A model generated the notes under the pieces. It did not search any database and was not told the origin of the DNA. It saw only the letters and a program-made list of their open reading frames with translations. Below, piece after piece: positions 1 to 9,174 of a DNA stretch of 64,000 nt (position 1 is the stretch's first letter; each line of letters opens with the position of its first letter). Source of the DNA: Longimicrobiales bacterium (GTDB taxonomy: Bacteria; Gemmatimonadota; Gemmatimonadetes; Longimicrobiales; Gaopeijiaceae); the NCBI GenBank assembly GCA_965204735.1, contig OZ242008.1, forward strand, positions 64,001 to 128,000, written 5' to 3'. The translations under genes were made by a program, and so were the position numbers.

Positions 1-1
1 T

Positions 2-838
2 CGCGAAATCTCCAAGATCGTCGGCGGCTCCGACGGAGCTGTCGGAGTGGTGGACTTCGAGCTGAGGAGACTTCAAGTCTTCAGCCCCATGGGCTCGAGC
101 TTGCGCGTAGCCCAGACGCGCGTCCCCGGCATCTTCACGCCTACGGCGCCTCTCGATTCGACGATCGTGGGGTATCGCATCGCCGTCTCGCCTGACGGGG
201 CCGAGTACTACCATCTGGAACTGGACACGCGCGACGGAAACGTGATCTGGGAGCGGCGCTACCCTGGAAGCATGGCAGGGCCGGAGTGCGGGCAGAAAAC
301 CGACCTGTACCCTGGCACGCCCCTTCCCGGCGGCGGCATGGCGTTCTCCGTCTGCGACGGGCGAAGGATGGCCTTCTTTGCGGACAGGGACGACGACGCT
401 CCGATCTTGGTTCCAACGCAAACATATGCGGAAGAACTTCCGGGCCCGCGGGATGTGGACCAGTACGTCGCGGGGCTGCGAAGGCTGTTCGGAAGCGAAC
501 CGCCCGAGTCGCAAGTGGCCGAGTATCGGTGCCGTCCGAAGCGCTGGTACAGACAGAGTGCGGCCGCGGACGATCAAGGGCGGCTCTGGATCGCCACGAA
601 CCGGGACCGCGACGAATACTCCTACTTGGACGTCCACGTCGATCGGGAGCACGCCTGGACGGTGCGTGTGCAAAGCCGCTTGATGGGATTCGACGTAAGG
701 GACTCGACGCTGGTGGTCCTCGCGGAACGAGCCGGCGACTTTCCCAGGGTCGTCGACTGGTACCGCCTCTATCGCTCCAACGACGCCAGCCGGACCACGC
801 GAACGGTCTCGATGCCCAACTCGTCCGACTCCACGTAG
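2..838 (+). CDS. 6-bladed beta-propeller (NHL-like) protein, 5'-partial
   Basis: Frame is open from the window edge (REISKIVGGSDGAVGVVDFE...). The 'DDQGRLWIAT' blade motif and overall pattern resemble the neighbouring propeller proteins. The 3' end overlaps the convergent gene by 70 bp. Confidence 0.6.
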   Translation, partial: REISKIVGGSDGAVGVVDFELRRLQVFSPMGSSLRVAQTRVPGIFTPTAPLDSTIVGYRIAVSPDGAEYYHLELDTRDGNVIWERRYPGSMAGPECGQKTDLYPGTPLPGGGMAFSVCDGRRMAFFADRDDDAPILVPTQTYAEELPGPRDVDQYVAGLRRLFGSEPPESQVAEYRCRPKRWYRQSAAADDQGRLWIATNRDRDEYSYLDVHVDREHAWTVRVQSRLMGFDVRDSTLVVLAERAGDFPRVVDWYRLYRSNDASRTTRTVSMPNSSDST

Positions 839-2110
839 GCCATGAGGCCTCCGGGCCCGAAGGCGTCCGGGATGCGGAGGCCGTCCGCCGGCAGGGTGCC
901 CAGGTACTCGCCGGAAGCGGTCGCGATGTCCGTGGGACCGTCGTCCTGGCCCAGCGGACCCGAGCGGGCGACCCATATCCTGTCGTCCCAGTCCACCGCC
1001 AAGTTGGCGATCACGGGGATTTCGTCGGCGAAGATCATCTCTTCGATCCCGCGTCTCATCGCTTCGGTGATCACCGGGTCGGCGTCCATGTTGGCGCCAA
1101 GAACCACAAGCCGACCCATCGCCCCGTCTTCCAGCTCCGCCTCGCGACGAGCCCGCTCCTGTTCCTGAACCGACGCGGTCGCTCGCGCGGGCGCGATCGG
1201 GCGCTCCAACGTCCCGGCGACGCTGCCGTCGGACGCCAACAGCTTGACTCGCCAGCCCAGCGAGTCGGCCACCGCGACCCGGCCGTCGGAGAGCGCCCCG
1301 AAGTGCAGCCCGGGCTCGAACGCCCGAATCTTCGCCATGGACAGCGCCATTCTTCGTTGGCCTTCCGAATCGGAAGCGCTTACCTCTTCGCCCTGGCCGG
1401 CGGGCGGAAGGTCCCACGCTTCGTACAGCTGCTCGGGACCGGTCCCGTCGAGAGAGAAGACCTCCAGAGGGCGGCGGTTCTCCACGGGGGCCTCCTCGTC
1501 CTCGCCGTCGGAGTCTTGCCCCGCAAAAATGACCCGCCCTCCTCCGGCGGTGAGCAGCCGGCCGTCCGGCAACGCGATCAGCCTTAGTCCCGGTATGCCC
1601 TTGGTGATGTCCACGGACACGGTCTCCACGTGAGCGCCGTCGGGACCGAACAGCTCGAAGGCGCCCGGCATTCCGAAGTCGAACACCGCCAATCGGCCGT
1701 CGGACAGCAACGCGGCCGCCATCGGGTTGCCGATCTCGCCGGGACCATCGCCCTGCTGGCCTACCGTCCGGACCAACGCTCCGTCGGGTCCCACCACCAC
1801 GACTCGGTGGGCTCCGGGGTCGAAGACGTGCAAGTTGCCGGCTGCGTCGAACGACACGGAGCGGACGTTGCCGAACGTCTCCCAGTCCTCGCCGTCGAGC
1901 GCGCCCACTGTGAAGACGTCTTCGGCCTCCGCCGTCAGAGGCATGTCGGGGCCGTCCAAGCCGCCGGGTGCGCCACCAGCGCCGGTGGAGGAGTCGCCGC
2001 ACGCGACCAGCCCGACGGCGGCGCCGAGCAGGAGGAAGAAGCGCACGGCCGAGCCGTGGCGCCTGGGCGAGGGCTTGCTGGCAGATGTGGAGGTGCTGGC
2101 GGTGGGCATC
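769..2110 (-). CDS. 6-bladed beta-propeller (NHL-like) lipoprotein
   Basis: Lipobox LVAC, then 'GQQGDGPGEIGNP' and 'VDWDDRIWVAR' blade motifs. Start may be 2110 (ATG) or 2142. Confidence 0.8.
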
Positions 2111-2208
2111 TGTGTCTCCGTTTGGCGAAAGTTGAGGTGCACTTCGACCAGGGCTGCTTGGCGGTGAGCTTGTCGTCGCCCGGCGCGCCGGGCGAACGGC
2201 CGTCAATG

Positions 2209-2982
2209 TTAGTTTGAGTCGGGACTTCCTGTCGAGGGTTGCCCGCGACTCGCCGACTGCACGATCTCGGCCATGATGCTGACGGCGACTTCTTCGGGGC
2301 GACGGGCGCCGATGTCGAGGCCGGCTGGGCCCCTGACGCGACCAACGTCCTTGGCGTCCGTCCCGCCTTCCGACAGGGTCGTCCGGATCTGCGCCATGCG
2401 CTTGGGGGACGCGACGACGCCCACGTAGTCGGGGTCGGCCTTCAGGGCGGCTGCCAGCGCCTGTTCGTCGCCGCGGCCCATTGTGGCGACCACGGCAAGG
2501 AAGAGGGCGCCCTGCGGACGACCCGCGTGCCTTCGCACGAGGTCTTCGGGCGGCTCGGCGTCGGTTGCGACGACGCGCCAGCCCATTGCGTCGCCCAGTC
2601 TGCCGACGGCCTGCGCAACCGGCGACGTGCCCACCACGAGCAAGTCGGGGGCCGGGAAGACGGGGTTGAGGTGCACTTCGACCTTCCCTTCGCTGCCGCA
2701 AGTCATGGGGATGTTCACAAAGCCGTCGGCGGGCTCGCGGAAGAGTCCGAAGGAGAGCAGCCTCGGCGTGCCTTCGCTCAGCGCCTCCAGCGCGTGCCGG
2801 ACGACCTCGGGTTGGGTACAGCTTCCGCCGATCCAGCCATGGACCGTTCCGTCGGCGGTGATCACGGCGGCGTCGCCGGGGGAGGCGGAGCTGGGTTTCC
2901 GGCGGCGGATCACCGTGGCCAGGACGTAGGGCTGGTCCTTCTCCAGCGCCTGGGCGGCAACGGCGATCAGGCGGCTATCCAC
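2209..2982 (-). CDS. XdhC/CoxI-family molybdoenzyme maturation protein
   Basis: 'GWIGGSC', 'MTCGSEG', 'YVGVVAS' and 'GPAGLDIGARRPEEVAVSIMAEIV' motifs. Confidence 0.9.
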   Translation of the reverse strand: MDSRLIAVAAQALEKDQPYVLATVIRRRKPSSASPGDAAVITADGTVHGWIGGSCTQPEVVRHALEALSEGTPRLLSFGLFREPADGFVNIPMTCGSEGKVEVHLNPVFPAPDLLVVGTSPVAQAVGRLGDAMGWRVVATDAEPPEDLVRRHAGRPQGALFLAVVATMGRGDEQALAAALKADPDYVGVVASPKRMAQIRTTLSEGGTDAKDVGRVRGPAGLDIGARRPEEVAVSIMAEIVQSASRGQPSTGSPDSN

Positions 2983-3742
2983 GAGGGGCGAATCCAGCTC
3001 TCGACGAGGCGTCGGCGCGGCCGTCGCCGAAGGCTTCGGACCTTGCGCCGCTGCCCCCTGGCCCTTGGCCGGCCGTCGCCACCGCCTCGCGCACCCGTCG
3101 GTAGTGTTCGGGCCGGTCCACGTCCCGTCCCGCCTCCGACGGCCACTCGATCTCCGCGACCTTGTCCCGGTGGCGCTGCACGACGCGACGCCCGCAACCC
3201 GCGTCCATGGCTGCCACTTCGCCGAAGAGGCGTCGGTCGTACAGCACCGGCGGCGCGGTCGGCCCGTCCCGGTAGCGGGACGCCACCGCCAGCGCGCCCG
3301 TTCGTCGATGGCGGGCGATCAGCGTGCGCAGCATCTCGGCCGTGACCAAGGGCATGTCGGCCAGCATGACGACGGCCGCGTCGGGCGGGGCGCCCCCGTT
3401 CGGCCGGGCGGCGGTGCGGTCAGGCTGCGAAGCGACCTCGGCTGCCCCGGCGGCCACCGAGGCGTACAGCCCCTCGGCGTGTTCCGGGTTGTGGACGAAG
3501 CGGCACGGCAGGTCGGCCAACGCCGCTTCGACGGCTTCCCGGTCGTGACCAGTCACGACCACCACCGGGTCCAGTCCGGCTCGGAGCGCCGTCGCGACGA
3601 CCCGCCGGACCATTGCTTCGCCCCCGACCTCCATCAACAGCTTGTTGCGGCGACCCATGCGGGTGGACGCGCCGGCGGCGGCTACGATTCCCGCAACGCC
3701 GCCCGCGGCCTCCCGGCCCCGGCCGCCGCTCCCCCTGGTCAC
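2975..3742 (-). CDS. MocA-like molybdenum cofactor cytidylyltransferase (nucleotidyltransferase family)
   Basis: 'AAGASTRMGRRNKLL', 'LADMPLV' and 'DVDRPEHY' motifs. GTG start at 3742 overlaps the upstream TGA (GTGA). Adjacent to xdhC. Confidence 0.85.
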   Translation of the reverse strand: MTRGSGGRGREAAGGVAGIVAAAGASTRMGRRNKLLMEVGGEAMVRRVVATALRAGLDPVVVVTGHDREAVEAALADLPCRFVHNPEHAEGLYASVAAGAAEVASQPDRTAARPNGGAPPDAAVVMLADMPLVTAEMLRTLIARHRRTGALAVASRYRDGPTAPPVLYDRRLFGEVAAMDAGCGRRVVQRHRDKVAEIEWPSEAGRDVDRPEHYRRVREAVATAGQGPGGSGARSEAFGDGRADASSRAGFAPRG

Positions 3743-4686
3743 TGCTCCGGCGCGCTCTCCATCCACGCCGACCACCAGAGAGCGGCCAGCATGTCGGCGC
3801 CCGCAGCCAGCCGCCGTGCCGCAAACTCCTTGGCCTTCGAGCTCGCCGGCCGATCGGCCTCGAAGCCGAAGTCCCGCTCGATCCGATAAAGGGTCTCCAC
3901 CTCGGCATGAGATGCCGCGACGTGCTCGAAGACTGCTTCCCGCACAGCCCCGGCCACCGACGGCGGATGGCCCCGGCGCGCGTGCCGCCGAACGTCGTCC
4001 ACGGTCACGTGAGCCTCCACGAACCCGCTTTCGAAGCGCGAATGGAAGCGGTTGTCCCGGGTGTAGCCCTCGGGGTTCGGCGTGTCGGCGTCCCAGCCGT
4101 TGAAGTGGATCGTGGTGTGGTGCGGTTGGGAGGCGTCGGTCACGTAGTGCCCCATGACGCCCGCGTCGGCGACGATGAGCTCCTCGATCCACCGCCGCCG
4201 CTCCGGGTCGTCCTCGGCTCGCCAGCGCCGCCAGCTTGCCACGGTGCGCTGATAGAGTTCCACGATGCGGTACGGCAGGAAGCCCACGTCCCGCTCGGGC
4301 CGGCCGATGCCGGCGCGGTACAGGACGCGCAGGAGGGTGAAGCGGGTCCTCGGTTCCAGGCCGTCGGGCTTGACGACGGCCTCGGGGACGTTCTCCAGGT
4401 CGATGTAGTGGTCGTACTGGTAGGCTTGGTCCATCTCCCGGAAGTCGCGGTTCCGCCAGCGGTCGGGTTCCGGGTTCAAGTAGACGAGCTGGTCGGCGGC
4501 TTCCCGAAAGAAGGCGGGCATCTCCTGGGGGACCGCCTCCGTGGCGACCCGCGCCGCCATTTCGTGGCCCGCTTGGCCCCAAGGGGCGCCGGCGCCGAGG
4601 CCCGCCGCCAGCAGCGCCGCCGCTGCCGAACGCTTGCGTACGATCTTCGGCCGACCATCCGATGGAGTGGCCGCCGACCTGGTCAT
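3739..4686 (-). CDS. Secreted S1/P1 nuclease-family (Zn-dependent) protein
   Basis: Signal peptide, mature N-terminus 'WGQAGHE', and 'HYIDLE', 'GHYVTDASQPHH', 'HSRFES' zinc-ligand motifs. Confidence 0.8.
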   Translation of the reverse strand: MTRSAATPSDGRPKIVRKRSAAAALLAAGLGAGAPWGQAGHEMAARVATEAVPQEMPAFFREAADQLVYLNPEPDRWRNRDFREMDQAYQYDHYIDLENVPEAVVKPDGLEPRTRFTLLRVLYRAGIGRPERDVGFLPYRIVELYQRTVASWRRWRAEDDPERRRWIEELIVADAGVMGHYVTDASQPHHTTIHFNGWDADTPNPEGYTRDNRFHSRFESGFVEAHVTVDDVRRHARRGHPPSVAGAVREAVFEHVAASHAEVETLYRIERDFGFEADRPASSKAKEFAARRLAAGADMLAALWWSAWMESAPEQ

Positions 4687-5456
4687 GACCCCTTCTTACC
4701 CATCACGAACGGCGAACGCTGCACGGTCGGCATCACGACCATGTGCAGCACGTTGACCCGGGGCGGCGCCTCCAGCACATAGCGAACGGCGTCGGCCACG
4801 TCCTCCGGCTGGAGCGCATCGACGCCCTTGTAGGTCTGGCGCGCCCGGCCCGCGTCTCCCCGAAAGCGGACCAGCGAGAACTCCGTCTTCACCAGCCCCG
4901 GGTCCACGCTGGACATCCGCACCTTCGTGTCCACCAAGTCGATGTTCGCGCCCTCGGTCAGCCCCCGCACAGCAAACTTGGTGGCGCAGTAGACGTTGCC
5001 TTTGGGGTAGGCCATGTAGCCCGCGATGCTGCCGATGTTGACTACGTGCCCCGCGTCCCGCTCGACCATTCCCGGGAGCAGCGCCCGCATCATGTTGAGG
5101 ACGCCTTTGACGTTGGTGTCGATCATCTCGTCCCAGTCGTCGTGCTTCCCGTTGTGCACGGCGGCGAGTCCTCGGGCCAACCCCGCGTTGTTGACCAGGA
5201 TGTCGGCGGCCAGACCGTCGGCCTCCAGCCGCTCGACGAACGCCGCCACGCCCTCGCGGTCCCGCACGTCCAGCACGTAGGGCCGAACCTCGCCGCCGCT
5301 TCCTGCCACCTCCGCGGCCAGCGCCCGGAGCCGATCCTCTCGCCGGCCCGTCGCCACCACCAAGGCGCCGACCTCCGCCAACGCGCGAACGCACGCCGCG
5401 CCGATCCCGGCGGTGGCTCCCGTAACGACTGCAACCTTCCCTGCGATGCGGCTCAT
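4683..5456 (-). CDS. SDR-family oxidoreductase (YdfG-like)
   Basis: TGATAGIG, NNAG and YCATK motifs. Confidence 0.9.
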   Translation of the reverse strand: MSRIAGKVAVVTGATAGIGAACVRALAEVGALVVATGRREDRLRALAAEVAGSGGEVRPYVLDVRDREGVAAFVERLEADGLAADILVNNAGLARGLAAVHNGKHDDWDEMIDTNVKGVLNMMRALLPGMVERDAGHVVNIGSIAGYMAYPKGNVYCATKFAVRGLTEGANIDLVDTKVRMSSVDPGLVKTEFSLVRFRGDAGRARQTYKGVDALQPEDVADAVRYVLEAPPRVNVLHMVVMPTVQRSPFVMGKKGS

Positions 5457-5616
5457 GCGGCGGCCTCCCAACGGGCCGGGAACGTGCGACGGACGAAGGG
5501 GACGCTACTGGCAACGGCAGGGCGTGGCAAGGGCAGGGGGGCAGCCGAGCATGGAGGGAACCTTGTCGGTGGTTCCGGGTAATGGGTAAACGAACCCTCG
5601 TTCACGCACCTGCCCC

Positions 5617-6231
5617 ATGGAGGACATCATGGCCAATCGAGCCGAAGCCGACGCCGGCGGGAAACCCGGCCCGGCCCCCCGCAAGCCCCGCTGCCCGTCG
5701 GAGGACTTGTCGCTGCTGGAGCGGCTCCGACAGGGAGATCACGAAGCGCTGAAGACCGTCGCCGACCGCGAGTGGCTGCCAGTCTACCGCCGCGTCCGCT
5801 GCATCGTCGGCAACCGACACGCAGCCGAGGACGCGGTTCAGGAGACCTTCCTGCGCTTCTGGGCGCGCAGGGAGAAGTGGCGGCCGGAGCGTCCGATCCG
5901 CGCGATTCTGCTCCGAATCGCAGCCAACATCGCGAATGACCTGGTCCGGGCGCGGCGGACCCGGTGCGACTGTCTGGCGTCCTGGCCTCGTCCCGCGTCG
6001 CCCGAGGCCCCGGACGAGGCGCTGGAGCGCCAGGAGTTCCAGAGGGCGGTCTGGTCCGCGATCGATGGGTTGCCGAAACGGAGGCGGCGTGCGCTGGTCC
6101 TCGTCCACTTCGAGGGCTGTTCGTACCAAGAGGCTGCGGATCGGATGGGAGTGGCGCCCCAGACGATCGCCAACCACGTCACGGCGGCCCGCAAGGAGCT
6201 GGGACGGACTCTGAAGCCATGGGCCGAGTAG
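5617..6231 (+). CDS. ECF RNA polymerase sigma factor
   Basis: Region 2 'AEDAVQETFLRFW' and region 4 'LPKRRRRALVLVHFEGCSYQEAADRMGV'. Confidence 0.88.
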   Translation: MEDIMANRAEADAGGKPGPAPRKPRCPSEDLSLLERLRQGDHEALKTVADREWLPVYRRVRCIVGNRHAAEDAVQETFLRFWARREKWRPERPIRAILLRIAANIANDLVRARRTRCDCLASWPRPASPEAPDEALERQEFQRAVWSAIDGLPKRRRRALVLVHFEGCSYQEAADRMGVAPQTIANHVTAARKELGRTLKPWAE

Positions 6232-6276
6232 GCCAGAGTAGGCCAGATTAGTAGGAATTCGCGCCTCGTCCGTTAA

Positions 6277-6534
6277 CAGGGTACAGTTCCAGCAGCGGAC
6301 CGGTTCGGTCGCGGCTCCCTGCGTTCAGGCCTTCAAGCCAAGGAGGTTCTCCTGACGTCGGTCTCTCCCGAAACTGCCCTGGCGTTCAAGTTCCGGTTTA
6401 CGCCGCAGACGCTCGTGCTCCACCAAGGCAAGGTGGTTCGAGGCTGGACCGGAGTCCTCCGGGACGAGGATGTGGCGCTGGCCGCAGACGCTCTGGCTGG
6501 AGAGGCCGGAGAAGTGCTCGGAAAAACGCCGTGA
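6277..6534 (+). pseudogene. C-terminal remnant of a thioredoxin-fold (TlpA/redoxin-like) gene
   Basis: Manual translation gives '...ALAFKFRFTPQTLVLHQGKVVRGWTGVLRDEDV...KTP*', a cis-Pro loop plus beta-hairpin pattern. There is an in-frame TAA at 6274, no CxxC and no start codon ahead of the conserved part. The stop overlaps the next GTG. Confidence 0.5.
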
Positions 6535-6755
6535 CGCAGCCGAGATTCGCCCTCAAGCGCTTTGGGCTGTGGCTGGTGCTGACAGCGCTCCTCATGACTC
6601 TGTACTGGCTCGCCGTTCGCCCCGACGCTCCGCCCGACTACGGCTTGCCCCCGGCCTGCGACGGCGTTCCGTGCGCCAACGACAGCGAGTGCGGCACCAA
6701 GTGCACCTGCGAGGGCTTCACGACCGATCAACTGGGAGAGTGCCGTGCCAAGTAG
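6531..6755 (+). CDS. Small membrane-anchored/secreted six-cysteine (knottin-like) protein
   Basis: N-terminal hydrophobic helix, then C-x4-C-x5-C-x3-C-x-C-x10-C. Overlaps the genes on both sides. Confidence 0.7.
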   Translation: MTQPRFALKRFGLWLVLTALLMTLYWLAVRPDAPPDYGLPPACDGVPCANDSECGTKCTCEGFTTDQLGECRAK

Positions 6756-7887
6756 AGCCGTTCGCCCATTCCTTCTGGCAACGACAGGGCTTGTGTTCGC
6801 GGGATCGTGCGACGACGCCCGCGAACCGGAGGTCGCCGGCTGGAGCCTCGAAGAAGAGCTCAGGCTCACGGCCACGCCGGAACAGGAGTTCGGCGGGGTG
6901 ACGGCCGTCGCCGCCGACGAGGACGACAACATCTACGTGCTCGACATGCTGGCTCAGCAGGTCTACGTCTTCGATTCCATGGGTACCTACTCCCACGGCA
7001 TTGGGCGGCCGGGAGAGGGCCCCGGGGAGCTGTCGGACGCCCGGGGCTTGGGCGTGGGTCCAGACAACCGCATCTGGGTTCCCGACATGATGCGGCGGCG
7101 CGTGTCCGTGTTCGAGCGCGACGGCGCCTTCGTAGCCTCCATTCCGAGGCACGGCTACGCCAGCAGCGGCATCTGGGACCGCCCGGCGGGCGCCGTCAAC
7201 GTCTACACCGACTGGATGCTTCGGTTTCCCAACGAGGATGCCGGCAGCTTGGCCGACGTACAGCAGTTTCCCATCGTTCTTCGATGGAGCGGGGAGGCTG
7301 GCGGGTCGGTCGAAGTGGATTCGTTCCCGCCGCTGGAGTACACGCAAGAAACGGCGCAAATCGGCGGCAGGGAAGCCCCGCGAGTCTACTTCGCGGGCCG
7401 AACGTTGTCGGCTCTGGACGGCCGGGGCGCTTTCTGGTTCGCTCACTCGCGAGAGTATCGCCTGTACAAGCGTTCCCTGGAGGGAGACACGCTCCTGGTC
7501 GTTGAGCTCGACGCCGAACCAGCCGCAGTCGCCGAGGCGGACGTCCAGGCGGTCCGGGAATACTATGCCAATCGGCCGTCGCGCTACGACGAGGACTACA
7601 TCAAGGCTCTGCCGGAACAAAAGCCGGTTGTCCTCGCGATCTTTGCCGACGGCGCCGGCAACGTATTCGTGATGCCCGAGACGAGCGACGCAAAGGGGGG
7701 CACGGTCATCGACGCCTTCGGGCCGGACGGAACGTACTGGGGCCGGGCGGCCCTCCCGCAACCTGTCGTTGCGCCCCTGCTCCGCTCCATCGCGGCGTAC
7801 GCAACGAACCGATACTTGATCCTCTCCGGGGTAGACGCCGGCGGCACGCCGTACGTGGTCCGTCTGGGGATCAGGCGGCCGACATAA
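6745..7887 (+). CDS. 6-bladed beta-propeller lipoprotein
   Basis: Lipobox-like FAGSC; 'DEDDNIYVLD' and 'GRPGEGPGEL' NHL-type motifs. Confidence 0.85.
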   Translation: MPSRAVRPFLLATTGLVFAGSCDDAREPEVAGWSLEEELRLTATPEQEFGGVTAVAADEDDNIYVLDMLAQQVYVFDSMGTYSHGIGRPGEGPGELSDARGLGVGPDNRIWVPDMMRRRVSVFERDGAFVASIPRHGYASSGIWDRPAGAVNVYTDWMLRFPNEDAGSLADVQQFPIVLRWSGEAGGSVEVDSFPPLEYTQETAQIGGREAPRVYFAGRTLSALDGRGAFWFAHSREYRLYKRSLEGDTLLVVELDAEPAAVAEADVQAVREYYANRPSRYDEDYIKALPEQKPVVLAIFADGAGNVFVMPETSDAKGGTVIDAFGPDGTYWGRAALPQPVVAPLLRSIAAYATNRYLILSGVDAGGTPYVVRLGIRRPT

Positions 7888-7913
7888 AAGCCACACCAAA
7901 GGAGAAGCCTGAA

Positions 7914-9065
7914 GTGATGCCGAACATGTCGGCCCGCTGGCTTCTCGTGGCGGCAGCCTGCCTCTCCGCGAGTTCGGCGGCCTGCGACGACACGGCCGAT
8001 GCGGACCCGACGGCGACCGACAGCTGGTTTCTCGAAGAGGAACTCAGGTTGACCGGCGCACCTGGGCATGAATTCGGCAGGGTGCTGACCGTCGTCGCCG
8101 ACGAGGACGACAACATCTACGTGCTCGACGTCTTTGGCCGGGCGGTCTACGTCTTCGACTCCGAAGGGACGTATTCCCACAGCATAGGGCGACCAGGCGA
8201 GGGGCCAGGCGAGCTGTCGAGCCCAAGAGGCATCGGAATGGGACCCGGTGGCCGGGTTTGGATCCCCGATGTTGGCTCGGCGCGGATATCGATTTTCGAG
8301 AGCCACGGCCCGTTCGTGGCCCAGATTCCAAGGCGATGGAACGGAAGCACAAGCATCTGGGACCGTCCCTTCGACGCCAACGGCAACTACATCGACTGGA
8401 AGCTACGGTTTCCCGGGGCGGAAGCCGGAGGCACCATCGCCGAAGTGCGACTGACGCCGATGGTCCTCCGCTGGGACGAGGCGGGCCAGTACCCCGGCCC
8501 GGATTCCTTCCCGCCGCTGGCGTACACACATGAGATGGCCGAGATCGGCGGCTACGAACGGCCGACGGTCTTCTTCGACGAAGGCATGCCGTTGGCCCTG
8601 GACGGCTTGGACGCCGTCTGGTTCGCTCACAGCCGCGAGTACCGTCTCTACAGGCGTTCGCTGGAAGGCGACACGCTGATGGTCGTGACGCTGGATGTGG
8701 AGCCGGCGCCTGTAACGAGAGAAGACGTTCGAACAATCCGCGGCTACTTTGCCAATCGGTCTTCACCTTACGCCGAAGACTACATCGCCGCTCTGCCGGC
8801 GGTCAAGCCGGTTGTCCTTGCTCTCTTCGCCGACGGCGACGGCAACGTGTTCGTGATGCCCGAGACCAAGGGCGTCGAGGGGGGAACGGCGTTAGACGCC
8901 TTCGGGCCGGACGGCGCGTACTGGGGTCGGGCCACGTTGCCAGAACCAATAAGTCCACCACTGCTTGGTTCCATCCCGGCCTACGCGACGAGCCGTTACC
9001 TGCTGCTCGCCGGCGTCGACGCGGGCGGCACGCCGTACGTGGTTCGTCTCGGATACCGGCGCTGA
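7914..9065 (+). CDS. 6-bladed beta-propeller lipoprotein (tandem paralog of 6745-7887)
   Basis: Lipobox SAAC; many segments identical to the preceding protein (e.g. WFAHSREYRLY, GVDAGGTPYVVRLG). Confidence 0.85.
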   Translation: MMPNMSARWLLVAAACLSASSAACDDTADADPTATDSWFLEEELRLTGAPGHEFGRVLTVVADEDDNIYVLDVFGRAVYVFDSEGTYSHSIGRPGEGPGELSSPRGIGMGPGGRVWIPDVGSARISIFESHGPFVAQIPRRWNGSTSIWDRPFDANGNYIDWKLRFPGAEAGGTIAEVRLTPMVLRWDEAGQYPGPDSFPPLAYTHEMAEIGGYERPTVFFDEGMPLALDGLDAVWFAHSREYRLYRRSLEGDTLMVVTLDVEPAPVTREDVRTIRGYFANRSSPYAEDYIAALPAVKPVVLALFADGDGNVFVMPETKGVEGGTALDAFGPDGAYWGRATLPEPISPPLLGSIPAYATSRYLLLAGVDAGGTPYVVRLGYRR

Positions 9066-9174
9066 CCCACTGCAAAGAAGTCGGGCGAGTGAAACCCTCT
9101 CGGCGGCTCCCGCGTAGGGACCGGACATGAACACGCACATGCGTGCATCGCTGCACCGATCCAGGGAACCTTCC

